64,000 nucleotides of DNA. It comes from Desulfatiglandales bacterium (lineage in GTDB: Bacteria > Desulfobacterota > DSM-4660 > Desulfatiglandales > HGW-15). Positions 36,670-45,784 of the stretch are shown in pieces. The DNA is taken from assembly GCA_963667015.2 (NCBI GenBank), contig CAXXJJ010000004.1, forward strand, positions 416,001 through 480,000. The letters run 5' to 3'. The translations under genes and the position numbers were made by a program. The notes below the pieces were generated by a model. The model had not been told where the DNA came from. It made no database searches and was given only the letters and a program-made list of their open reading frames with translations. Positions within the stretch are counted from its first letter, which is position 1, and the number at the start of each line of letters is the position of its first letter.

Positions 36670-38463
36670 CCTGAATTTTGCATGATTAAATAAAAAAAGC
36701 TTGAAAAACCATCTGGGTAACCTGTTATTAAAGGGTTTTGAGGAACCAAAATAAATAACAGGAGGAAACCCAGATGGTAAAGAAACAAAAAGACAATAGC
36801 ACGGAAAAGGTTGTAGGTAAAGGTTCTGGATCTGAGGGCGGGAGAGCTAGAAAAATCAATGCTTCCACGGTTTATGAAACATGCACCGAGCAGTTAAGTG
36901 CATTTGGAGGGCTTCTTGGGCTAATCAAGTTTTTTGATCTGATTGAGTTTGAAGAGATATTCAAAAATAAATATATTGCGCCAGACCGGAAAACCAAGCT
37001 GGGCAATTATCATATGGTAGTGGGGGTATTAACGCTACTCTTTATAGGGTTCAACAGATTATGGCATTTTACGTATATTCGACTTGATGCAATGGTATGC
37101 GGATATTTTCAGGTTGAGGCATTACCGGTGGCAAGTACCTTCTGGCGTTATGTGAACAGTCTGGGTATAAATCAAGCCAATGCGCTGTTAAGTATCATGA
37201 GGGTGTTAAGGGAACGTGTTTGGTTGTTATGCGGCCTTAAATATAAGCAGATACATATAAGCACAGACACGACAGTTGAAACGGTATATGGAAATCAACA
37301 AGGAAGCAGGAAAGGCCATAACACAAAAAATAGAGGGAAAAAGGGCTATCGACCTGTACTATGTTTTATCGATGAGACAAGAGAATATCTTATTGGCAAA
37401 CTCCGAAAAGGTGAAACAATGAGCAGTGTGGAAGTAGGTAAGTTTATAAAAAAAATCAAAGAGCATTTACCGGGCTGTGTTGAAGAAGTTCTCTTTCGTG
37501 GAGACGGAGAGTTTTTCGGATGGGAAAGCGTTGAAGCATGCATTGAAGTTTTCTTTGATTACATTATTGCCAATAAAGGGGCCAATCCGCCTTTTGATCC
37601 AAAAGCATGGTACAAACCTAATAAAAAGCAACTGGTTGAATATAGCAGTTGTGTATACCAGCCCATAGGCTGGGAGTGTCCATGCAGGTTTGTTGCAATG
37701 AGGTTTCCTAAAGATCAAAATAGTTCTCCTGATGAACCTGTACAATACGAATTGTTCGAGGATGATAGATACACATATCGGATTTTCTGCACAAGCCTTA
37801 CAAAGAAAGCCCATAAAGTAATAGCAGAGTATGATAAAAGAGCTGATGTAGAGAACCTGGTTGGAGAAGCAAAAAGAGAAGGGCTTGAAGCAATTCCTTC
37901 AGCTAAATTTAAAAATAACTATGCCTATTTTCAGATTGTAATGCTGGCCTATAATATCTGGCGCTACTATAAAATGATGGCCCAACTGAGTAACCAGGAA
38001 GTTACATCTTCAGATGATAGGAATGCAACTCCCTATCCTTCTTTAAGTGGACTTGCAAACAATCAGGTTCGAATTGCTAGATTAAGGCTTTTATTAATAG
38101 CCGCAAAAGTAGTTTATCATTCGAAGGATAAAGTAAAGTATTCTATCCACGATATGCGAACACCAGGGCTAATGCATTTTATGTGTTACCTTGATAGAGC
38201 GAGAGAGAAAATAAAACCATGGGTTGAAGGTAGCCCCTGGAATTGTCGTTTTTCATTAAACAATATGCGTGCATAAAATTTCTTGCATGAGAAATACCAT
38301 GCTGAAAAAATATTAAGAAAAAATGAAAAATGATTGAAATTAAATGTTGTGACGAGTTGAATAACAGGCGAAATATCAAACGCGCTTAGTTCAACTCTCA
38401 ATAAGCTAAGATAGAAATTTATTTTTTTATTCTTGGAGTGATCAATTGTGTGCAAAATTCAGG
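36670..38463 (+). mobile_element. IS1380-family insertion sequence
   Basis: Perfect 13-bp TIRs CCTGAATTTTGCA (36670-36682, 38451-38463); 5-bp target duplication TAATA (36665-36669, 38464-38468). Confidence 0.93.
36774..38276 (+). CDS. IS1380-family DDE transposase
   Basis: STDTTVETVYG, FRGDGEF and YDKRADVENLVGEAK motifs. Confidence 0.9.
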   Translation: MVKKQKDNSTEKVVGKGSGSEGGRARKINASTVYETCTEQLSAFGGLLGLIKFFDLIEFEEIFKNKYIAPDRKTKLGNYHMVVGVLTLLFIGFNRLWHFTYIRLDAMVCGYFQVEALPVASTFWRYVNSLGINQANALLSIMRVLRERVWLLCGLKYKQIHISTDTTVETVYGNQQGSRKGHNTKNRGKKGYRPVLCFIDETREYLIGKLRKGETMSSVEVGKFIKKIKEHLPGCVEEVLFRGDGEFFGWESVEACIEVFFDYIIANKGANPPFDPKAWYKPNKKQLVEYSSCVYQPIGWECPCRFVAMRFPKDQNSSPDEPVQYELFEDDRYTYRIFCTSLTKKAHKVIAEYDKRADVENLVGEAKREGLEAIPSAKFKNNYAYFQIVMLAYNIWRYYKMMAQLSNQEVTSSDDRNATPYPSLSGLANNQVRIARLRLLLIAAKVVYHSKDKVKYSIHDMRTPGLMHFMCYLDRAREKIKPWVEGSPWNCRFSLNNMRA

Positions 38464-39748
38464 TAATAATCTGATAATTCCCGCTTAAATGCATGAGGCT
38501 GAAGAGATATAATAAGCCGTCATAATAGGGATCAAAATACCCGTCTTCATACGGCTCAAGTCTGGCATTCCAGACCTCATCAATAAATTTCCAGCTTTTT
38601 GCCTGTGTGCCCATTAGAGACGCTGCTGCTGAAGTGGAAACCAGACCGAGTGAATGACGTAATTTTTTAAAACCCCCGGCCGGAAGTATCCAGTCCGGAA
38701 GGGTGCCGTCTACATTGTACTGATCTTCAAAGGTCTCAAGACCCCTGCAATAAAGAAAATTCTGTATACGTTTGGCATAGTCCTTTTGCCACTCTTTGTC
38801 TCTGGCATACCATGAATAGTCCATGGCAATGTTCATTGGGACACGCCATGAATCAAATCTAAAGGCCGGCGGGAAAAAATTCTGTTTTGGAAGCTCTCCG
38901 CTGTACAGGGTGATATCCGGATTAAGGCCGGTTTCAGGATGACACACTTTGTGCAGGTATTTACGTGCCTTGTCAGCGCATGCCCTGTAAAACTCTTCAT
39001 GGCCGTCTCTGGCATACTCAGCCCATACCTCAAAAAAAGCCGGCAGATAGTAGGATGGATCTGTCTGGTCATATCTTTCAGACTCAGGGACAAAACTGAT
39101 CTGCTTGTGCTCCACATTAATTATATTATTAATGCCTTCTGAGCCGTCCTTGCTCCACATGGCGTCGAGAATTCTTCTTGCCTCGCCATAATAATCAATT
39201 CCGGTATCATTTCCCCACCTGTTGGAGGCAAAGAGCAGGGCGGTTACAAAATATAGCTCTCCGTCAGAAGCGGTGCCTTCGGAATTGTGCTTGCCGGTTT
39301 GTGGGTTAACAGACCATGCAAAGTAACCGTCACGCGGTCCGCCCTGATGCTGCATATACTTTTTTGACCACCGCCATAATCGGTCAAATACATCCTTTTT
39401 ATTTAACTGTACTGCTGCCATCATACCGTAGGAAAGGCCTTCAGTTCGGGCATCCTTGTTTTTGATGTCAGAAACATAGGCCATATCATCACCTACCTCA
39501 AAGTAGACCCTGTTGGGCCCTTCAAATAAATCAGAGTAGGCCTTTGCAAGCTTTGCATCGATGTCTTTCTGTTTATATCCGGCCTCAAGAAAAAGGTTTC
39601 GATATTTGCCGGTTTCCCATGCGCCCTTTTCCCATGGGATCATTTTACCACGGGGATCATTGATATCATTTTTACAGTTATCACCTGAATAGGCAGACAT
39701 AGGTAAACATAGAGTAATAAGCAGAATAAACAAAACAGATCTTTTCAT
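38459..39748 (-). CDS. secreted glycoside hydrolase family 8 (xylanase/Rex-like); C-terminus clipped by IS
   Basis: Signal peptide; RTEGLSYGM, ASDGE, TDPSY, FRFDSWR and YYDGLLY motifs. Confidence 0.9.
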   Translation of the reverse strand: MKRSVLFILLITLCLPMSAYSGDNCKNDINDPRGKMIPWEKGAWETGKYRNLFLEAGYKQKDIDAKLAKAYSDLFEGPNRVYFEVGDDMAYVSDIKNKDARTEGLSYGMMAAVQLNKKDVFDRLWRWSKKYMQHQGGPRDGYFAWSVNPQTGKHNSEGTASDGELYFVTALLFASNRWGNDTGIDYYGEARRILDAMWSKDGSEGINNIINVEHKQISFVPESERYDQTDPSYYLPAFFEVWAEYARDGHEEFYRACADKARKYLHKVCHPETGLNPDITLYSGELPKQNFFPPAFRFDSWRVPMNIAMDYSWYARDKEWQKDYAKRIQNFLYCRGLETFEDQYNVDGTLPDWILPAGGFKKLRHSLGLVSTSAAASLMGTQAKSWKFIDEVWNARLEPYEDGYFDPYYDGLLYLFSLMHLSGNYQIIT

Positions 39749-39764
39749 TTAACAACTCCTTTTA

Positions 39765-40949
39765 CTATGTTGTGTAATGTGCATTAATATCGATATATCC
39801 TTCTGTTAAGTCACATCCCCAGACTTTCTCAGAAAAGGGACCTTTTCCCAGTACGATTTCTATATGGACTTCATTATTGTCCAGTATCTTAGAGATATCA
39901 TCCAGCGGTACCTTATCCTGATCAAGTGTCTCTGCATCAAGCCTGATTCGGTTATTTCCTTTTCCGAAAAATATCTTTAACTCCGAGATATCTACAGAGT
40001 ACCGGAACACCTTTCCAATCGCCATGACAAATCTTCCCCAGTTGGGGTCGCAGCCATATATTGCTGTCTTTACCAGGGGGGAGTTTACAACCGATTTTGC
40101 CGTTAACAGTGCCTGCTCCTGTGTCTGAGCTCCGGACACGATCAGTTCAATTAGTTTTGTTGCTCCTTCACCGTCACGGGCTATCTCTTTTGCCAGGAAT
40201 ATAGCCATATCAGTAAGGTTAGATTCAAATTCTTTAAGGTCAACGGGTCCGGCAAGGCCGTTACACATGGCAACTACAGTGTCACTTGTTGACGTATCAG
40301 TATCAACCGATATCCTATTGAATGATTTATTAACGGCATTTACCAGGATAGTATGGAGTTTACCGGAGTCAATTTCTGCATCTGACATGAAATAACAGAG
40401 CATGGTAGCCATATTGGGTTCAATCATACCGGAGCCCTTCGCAATTCCGAGTATTTTGGCATTGCCGACTTTTCCGGTTACCCACTTCGGGCGGGTATCG
40501 GTTGTCATTATGCTGCGGGCAAAATCAGTGGCATGCTGCTCTGTCTTTCCGAAATCCTGTTTAAGGCTTTTACATCCTGCTGTTATTATATCCATTGGCA
40601 GACGCGGCCCAATAACACCGGTGGAAGAGGGCAGTACCATTTCGGTTTGTATACCGCAGGTTTCAGCAACAAGGCTGCATATTCTTTTTGAATCTGCAAT
40701 TCCATGGGCTCCTGTAGCCACATTGGCATTCTTCGAGTTTACAATAACTGCCTGAAGCTTCCCATCCTTAATATGCTCTTTCCCCACAATAACAGGAGCT
40801 CCGGGCATTGTGTTTCTGGTAAAAACACCGGCGGCATTGCATACCCTGTCCGACAGGATGCCTCCAAAATCCAGTGTACTGTCTTTAATCCTTATATTTT
40901 TACCGAACCAGCTAAAGCCCGGTACTGTTTCAATCTTGTTTTCTATCAT
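39765..40949 (-). CDS. argJ: bifunctional ornithine acetyltransferase / N-acetylglutamate synthase
   Basis: AKGSGMIEPNMATML, DTSTSD, RDGEGATK and DPNWGR motifs. Confidence 0.96.
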   Translation of the reverse strand: MIENKIETVPGFSWFGKNIRIKDSTLDFGGILSDRVCNAAGVFTRNTMPGAPVIVGKEHIKDGKLQAVIVNSKNANVATGAHGIADSKRICSLVAETCGIQTEMVLPSSTGVIGPRLPMDIITAGCKSLKQDFGKTEQHATDFARSIMTTDTRPKWVTGKVGNAKILGIAKGSGMIEPNMATMLCYFMSDAEIDSGKLHTILVNAVNKSFNRISVDTDTSTSDTVVAMCNGLAGPVDLKEFESNLTDMAIFLAKEIARDGEGATKLIELIVSGAQTQEQALLTAKSVVNSPLVKTAIYGCDPNWGRFVMAIGKVFRYSVDISELKIFFGKGNNRIRLDAETLDQDKVPLDDISKILDNNEVHIEIVLGKGPFSEKVWGCDLTEGYIDINAHYTT

Positions 40950-41654
40950 TTATATCTTCTCATCATTTTTTACAGCTTCTCTCAGTGCTGCTCTTGCCAA
41001 TAAACGTGTTGAATCCAGGGTTGGTAACGGAGAGTCATCAGGATCGACAATAAGCGGAATTTCTGTACATCCCAGAACAACTGAATCGCACCCCTTATTT
41101 TGAAGTTTTTGAAACACCTCATTAAAATACAACCTTGATTCTTCCGGAAAGACTCCGTTGACAAGCTCCTTAAATATAATATTGTCGATTTTTTCACGAT
41201 CGTTTTTATCAGGTGTCTGACATTTGATATCATGTTTTTTTAGTGTTTGCGGATATACGGGGCCTGTCATCAGATATTTTGTTCCTGTAATGCCTAAATT
41301 CTTATACCCATTTTCTTTTGCTTCTTCAGCAACAGCTTCTGCAATATGAAGCCATTGAACAGGATACTCTTTTATTACTAAATCGAAAGCTTCATGGATA
41401 GTATTGTCCGGGCAAATTAATAATTCGGCCCCAATGTTAGACAATTTTATTGCAGATGATAACATTAAATCTGCAACCCCCTGCCAGTTGCCAGAGCGGA
41501 TATGTGTCATATATTCACCAAGAGGATGCGTATGCATCGATACTTCAGGATGCATATGTTCTCCCATTATAAAAGGCGCTTCTGAACATATGGTTCGATA
41601 ACATAGTGCAGCACCTTCTGCACTGCAGGCTACAATTCCGATATGTTTGGTCAT
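40950..41654 (-). CDS. aspartate/glutamate racemase family protein
   Basis: ICPDNTIH and LGCTEIP motifs. Confidence 0.88.
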   Translation of the reverse strand: MTKHIGIVACSAEGAALCYRTICSEAPFIMGEHMHPEVSMHTHPLGEYMTHIRSGNWQGVADLMLSSAIKLSNIGAELLICPDNTIHEAFDLVIKEYPVQWLHIAEAVAEEAKENGYKNLGITGTKYLMTGPVYPQTLKKHDIKCQTPDKNDREKIDNIIFKELVNGVFPEESRLYFNEVFQKLQNKGCDSVVLGCTEIPLIVDPDDSPLPTLDSTRLLARAALREAVKNDEKI

Positions 41655-41699
41655 AATTTTTCCTTATATGTGAGGTTTTTATGCAAAATATATTTTTTT

Positions 41700-42197
41700 C
41701 TATGCAATCTCTGTTAGTTCTGTGAGACATATGTTTTTATTTATTTTCTCCAGAAACACCAAAGTCAATTTTTCCGATACCTTTTTATTATTAAAAAATT
41801 GATAACCATTTTTAGTATATAAGTGCAGGTTTTTTTCGCTCTTTTTGCCGGTAAATAATTCATATCTTTCTGCATCCGGATATTGCTTTTCGGCTTCAAA
41901 TAGCAGTTTTGTACCAATACCAAGATTCTGATGGTTCGGGTGTACGATCAATTTACCAATATAGCCGGTTCCCATTTCCAGGTAAATTCTGACTGAACCG
42001 GCAATTTTATTATCGATCTCATATTTTAAAAAGATCTGATTCCTGAATTCGGATAGTATCTCGTCCATTTTCTGGTGTAATGGCGGAATTGTGAAATCAT
42101 CAATTATTTCAGCTTCACTTATATATGCAAGTTTCTGAAGCTCAAGAATTTCTTCAACATCCTCTATGGATGCTCTCTCTATATAGACATTACTCAT
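41700..42197 (-). CDS. GNAT N-acetyltransferase
   Basis: VHPNHQNLGIGTKLL; NLHLYTKNGY. Confidence 0.9.
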   Translation of the reverse strand: MSNVYIERASIEDVEEILELQKLAYISEAEIIDDFTIPPLHQKMDEILSEFRNQIFLKYEIDNKIAGSVRIYLEMGTGYIGKLIVHPNHQNLGIGTKLLFEAEKQYPDAERYELFTGKKSEKNLHLYTKNGYQFFNNKKVSEKLTLVFLEKINKNICLTELTEIA

Positions 42198-42227
42198 ATC
42201 AATACTCTTTCAAATTATAGGATATAT

Positions 42228-42919
42228 TCAAAAAAGCATCTCAACTACTTTTTCAACATGAATCCTGGTAGTATCAAGAAAGGGTATTCCAATATTATCA
42301 GTTTCCTTTAAGATTAAAGGCAGTTCTGTGCCTCCCAATATAATTGCCTCTACCCCGGTGCTTTCTTTTAATCTTTTTGAAATATTAAGCAATTCCTGTT
42401 TTGTGCTCTCTTTTATGATTCCTTTAACCAGTTCCCCCATGTATTTATCGTGAATATAAGCCCGGTCGTCTTTGTCAGGAATAAATACCTTGATTTTGCT
42501 TTCAGCAAAAACGTCATTGTAAAATCCACCCTGCATGGTAAATCCTGTACCAAAGAGACCTACCTGTTTATATCCTTCTTTAACGGCCCTGTCCCGTGCA
42601 GCATTTACAATACTTATTAAAGGCAAAGGTGCTAGACTCTTTAACTGTTTGAAGACAATGTGGGGCGTGTTTGATGCAAGCAGGGCAAAATCAGCGCCTG
42701 CTTTATTAAGTTTTTCTATTTCAAGCAGCAGGAAGTCTGTGACATTTTCCAGTTCATTTTTCCCGATGAGTTCCAGCATTCTCTTCATATTAATACTGTT
42801 TATTATTACCTGTGGATAGTTACCATTTTTTCCCTCTGAAGGAAGGATGAGACTATCATGCGGTAATACTCCACTGTTGATTCAGGGCCTATACCCCCTA
42901 TAATACCAACTGTTTTCAT
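42228..42919 (-). pseudogene. aspartate/glutamate racemase family gene, frameshifted at an A6 run
   Basis: ATG 42919 gives MKTVGIIGGIGPESTVEYYR in a different frame from the 42788-42228 body; one extra A at 42826-42831 joins them. Confidence 0.8.
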
Positions 42920-42972
42920 TTTTTATATCCTATACTGTATTTCAGTTAATATCATTAATTGCAGCCGCACGA

Positions 42973-43437
42973 TTATTCTTTCTTTTGCCAGATATAATAG
43001 GGGCCTCTTTCTTCTACCCAATTATCAATGCCAAGTTCCATTATCTTTAACAGGTTTTTGTATGGTGTGTCGCCGCAGCGCGGAGTCAGTATATCGAACT
43101 TTTTGCACTCTTTAAAATCGGCACATTCCCAGCAGCCCTCATAATTTTTTTCTTCAGCGCATTTCATGATTTTACAGGGATTTCCGCCACAGCCATTGCC
43201 TGTTCGGCATGGTTCTGTACAGTCGTTTCTTGCGATAAACTTCAATATGTCAATAAACTCCCTGTAGTATTCCAGTTCAGTTCCAAAGGGGCTTTTAACA
43301 GATGCGTATCTTTCAAAATTAACCTGCTCAAGTTTATCCATCAGCTCATCGGCAAAATTACTGAAATTATTCCGATACCACATGCAGTCCGCGCAATATA
43401 CACCACAGCAGGCAGTTAAGTCTTTATTATGGTTCAT
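42973..43437 (-). CDS. Cys-rich DUF3795-like protein
   Basis: CCGVYCADC...C..CR...C...CA....GCWEC..F..C pattern. Confidence 0.75.
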   Translation of the reverse strand: MNHNKDLTACCGVYCADCMWYRNNFSNFADELMDKLEQVNFERYASVKSPFGTELEYYREFIDILKFIARNDCTEPCRTGNGCGGNPCKIMKCAEEKNYEGCWECADFKECKKFDILTPRCGDTPYKNLLKIMELGIDNWVEERGPYYIWQKKE

Positions 43438-43440
43438 TTC

Positions 43441-43836
43441 TTAATCCTCAAAAGTATATCCGGCAGCAATTAAGGCCTGTTCTGCATCAGTTATATCCGC
43501 TGCTTCTATTAATATATAATCAGTATTATAGGTAGATACAGCAAATATACTGATTTTAGAATCTGCAAGCACCCTTGAAATTCCTGATAAAATACCTGTA
43601 AGTGAAAAATCCAAAGGCCCGACAAATTTTATACATGTCCACCCATGGCTGGATTTTTCTGCTGTTAAATGAATTGAAGATTCACAGACAATTGATATCT
43701 CATCATCAGTCTTTACAATTGAGTAAAATTCACTCTCATAAATCTGAGGAGGTATCAAGCTTTCTATTGATAATCTGTAAATAGAAAATTGTCCATTTAA
43801 GATTTTTAATCTATTATTTTTCACGCTCTTACCCAT
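43441..43836 (-). CDS. ACT-domain protein
   Basis: TDDEISIVC, GPLDFSLTGIL and FAVSTYNTDYIL motifs. Confidence 0.88.
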   Translation of the reverse strand: MGKSVKNNRLKILNGQFSIYRLSIESLIPPQIYESEFYSIVKTDDEISIVCESSIHLTAEKSSHGWTCIKFVGPLDFSLTGILSGISRVLADSKISIFAVSTYNTDYILIEAADITDAEQALIAAGYTFED

Positions 43837-43997
43837 GAAAATTCAGTGTTATTTTTAAAACAATAACAAGCGCTGGGGCATTTTATTCCACAGTCAGGTT
43901 AATTTTGTTTTGATAGTCTTCGTTTTTTTGGAAAAAGGGGATATTGTCAGATTATTAAGTCGAGATACTATTAAACCTGATAACCTTACACCATCTC

Positions 43998-44261
43998 CTA
44001 TTCATAATGTGTCCACATACGAATAACTTTAACTGTCTTTATATCGTCCAGAACCTGGTAAATAAGTCTATGCTGAATATTAATCCTGCGGGAACATGCA
44101 CCTGCCAGATCTCCTACCAGCCTCTCATATGGAGGAGGGGTGCGATAAGGGTCTTCTTTAAGGATGTTCAGGAGTTTTTCTGCCTGTGGTTTTAAACCTG
44201 AGCGGGAGATTTTTTTTGCATCTTTTTTGGCCTGTTTTGTATAGACCAGATGCCAGCTCAC
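43998..44261 (-). CDS. yoeB: Txe/YoeB-family toxin
   Basis: PPYERLVGDLAGACSRRINIQHRLIY...MWTHYE; GTG start overlaps the antitoxin stop. Confidence 0.92.
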   Translation of the reverse strand: MSWHLVYTKQAKKDAKKISRSGLKPQAEKLLNILKEDPYRTPPPYERLVGDLAGACSRRINIQHRLIYQVLDDIKTVKVIRMWTHYE

Positions 44262-44500
44262 CAGCCAGGCTCCTCTTCGCATTCCTCAACAGGTGTATCC
44301 AATCCGTTGCGGATTGATTCTCTCATTCCAGGAATAGACGTCAAGTATAATGTTTCCTGTATGGCGCTCCAGTCCTCTTCTGATAAAAGGACCGCCGAAT
44401 TTCGCTTTCCAACAATTTTAATTGGAACATGCGATTCGGCCACATCATCAACAAGTGTATAGAGACGTTTTCTTGCCTCAGTTGCTGTAAGAGTAGACAT
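44258..44500 (-). CDS. yefM: Phd/YefM-family antitoxin
   Basis: TATEARKRLYTLVD; AVLLSEEDWSAIQETLYL. Confidence 0.92.
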   Translation of the reverse strand: MSTLTATEARKRLYTLVDDVAESHVPIKIVGKRNSAVLLSEEDWSAIQETLYLTSIPGMRESIRNGLDTPVEECEEEPGW

Positions 44501-44519
44501 TATTTATACCTCTTAGTTA

Positions 44520-44561
44520 TAACGTACGTTAAATCGTACGCCATGGAGTGGTATTTGTCAA
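44520..44561 (-). promoter_or_regulatory. yefM-yoeB promoter and autorepression operator
   Basis: TTGACA-N17-TACGAT; palindromes TAACGTACGTTA and CGTACG with centres 12 bp apart. Confidence 0.8.
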
Positions 44562-44681
44562 TTTGTTATTTTATTAAGGTATGGCAGGTCAGGACTTTTT
44601 CCATTTGCCACAAATTTCAACTGTTAAAACTATAGCAAAGTGTGAAAAAGGATAATATCGGGCAAAAGAATATGGACTTTA

Positions 44682-44927
44682 TTATTTATTTGAAAGACTG
44701 CTCTTAAAAGATTCTTCTACTGTCTGGGGAACCTGGATAGATACAAAATATGAGGAGGGGTAAATATAGTCCTCTCCGCTCTCATCAATAATACGAATAT
44801 CTCCTTCGTCCTCAATTTCTTTATCTGCAATTACACGGTATATTTTATGTAATTCTAAAGAAGCGGGATAATCCGAATTATTTATGCAAACCGTAAATTC
44901 TGATAAATTTCTTTTTGATTCCTGCAT
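44682..44927 (-). CDS. small acidic hypothetical protein (possible antitoxin-like partner)
   Basis: CINNSDYPASLELHKIY...RIIDESGEDYIYP; SD GGAG. Confidence 0.7.
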   Translation of the reverse strand: MQESKRNLSEFTVCINNSDYPASLELHKIYRVIADKEIEDEGDIRIIDESGEDYIYPSSYFVSIQVPQTVEESFKSSLSNK

Positions 44928-44989
44928 TTATTACTCCAGATATATTTTAATTTCAGTATGTTAGATTGACTAGCCCACATTTTGTCGGT

Positions 44990-45406
44990 TCAGACAGATG
45001 CGTCCGATTGAATTGACTCTATAGCACTCTGTGCTGAATGAACAAGAAACGCGGATCTGGACATACCGCATTTTCTTGCGGCGGCATCAATCTGTTTTAG
45101 CATGATTTCAGGTAAAGTCACATTTACCCTTACTGTCCTGGGTTTTGCGTCGGGCACAGAAACAACAAGATAAGCAATCGCATTTGTGTAATCAGGATCA
45201 TTCATGATTTCTTCAAGCCGGGATGGGACAGGTAGTTGTTCACCGTCTTCCAGCATACCCTTTATATGAAGTGTCAGTGCTTCCTGTGCCATATCCTTGG
45301 ATTCATCGATATCTTTTCCAGCGGTAATGCATCCTGGAAAATCCGGAAACGATACGCCGAAATCCGTATTGGTTTCTTTGTGAACAATAGCTATACAGTT
45401 TGCCAT
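44990..45406 (-). CDS. hicB: HicB-family antitoxin
   Basis: GVSFPDFPGCITAG; C-terminal RHH (RVNVTLP..ID..A...SRSAFL). Confidence 0.92.
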   Translation of the reverse strand: MANCIAIVHKETNTDFGVSFPDFPGCITAGKDIDESKDMAQEALTLHIKGMLEDGEQLPVPSRLEEIMNDPDYTNAIAYLVVSVPDAKPRTVRVNVTLPEIMLKQIDAAARKCGMSRSAFLVHSAQSAIESIQSDASV

Positions 45407-45415
45407 ATTAATACC

Positions 45416-45463
45416 TCACTCAAGTTTAATACCGGACTGGTGCTCAATACTTTTTAATGTTCC
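45416..45463 (-). pseudogene. hicA: 3' remnant of a HicA toxin gene
   Basis: GTLKSIEHQSGIKLE* directly upstream of hicB; in-frame stop at 45485-45487 and no N-terminus. Confidence 0.7.
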
Positions 45464-45490
45464 ATTGATAATGAGGAGTGGGACTTACCA

Positions 45491-45547
45491 GGTCAGAACT
45501 TAGCAGTGACACTTTGTGGAGTTAAATGTCACAGTCAAGGGGTGACC
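45491..45547. repeat. imperfect GGTCA...TGACC inverted repeat near the hicA break point
   Basis: GGTCAGAACTTAGCAGTGACA / TGTCACAGTCAAGGGGTGACC, 15/21 match. Confidence 0.55.
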
Positions 45548-45784
45548 CCGTTTCTTTCCTTCATATATTTTTTTCATTCTATATTGAAGATGAAGCATTA
45601 TTACTTGAATGGCTGCTATTCGATATGTCAATGTTGTCAACTCGGGGCTTCCTTTGATATCTTATGCAGAACAGGAAGTTTCTAGGCCGGGTTGTATTTT
45701 ATCGCCCGGTTACGTGAGATGCCTGGTTGGCGCTCAATTTGCACCTAAATGTTAAAAATATTAAAATTTAAAATATTTAAATAA

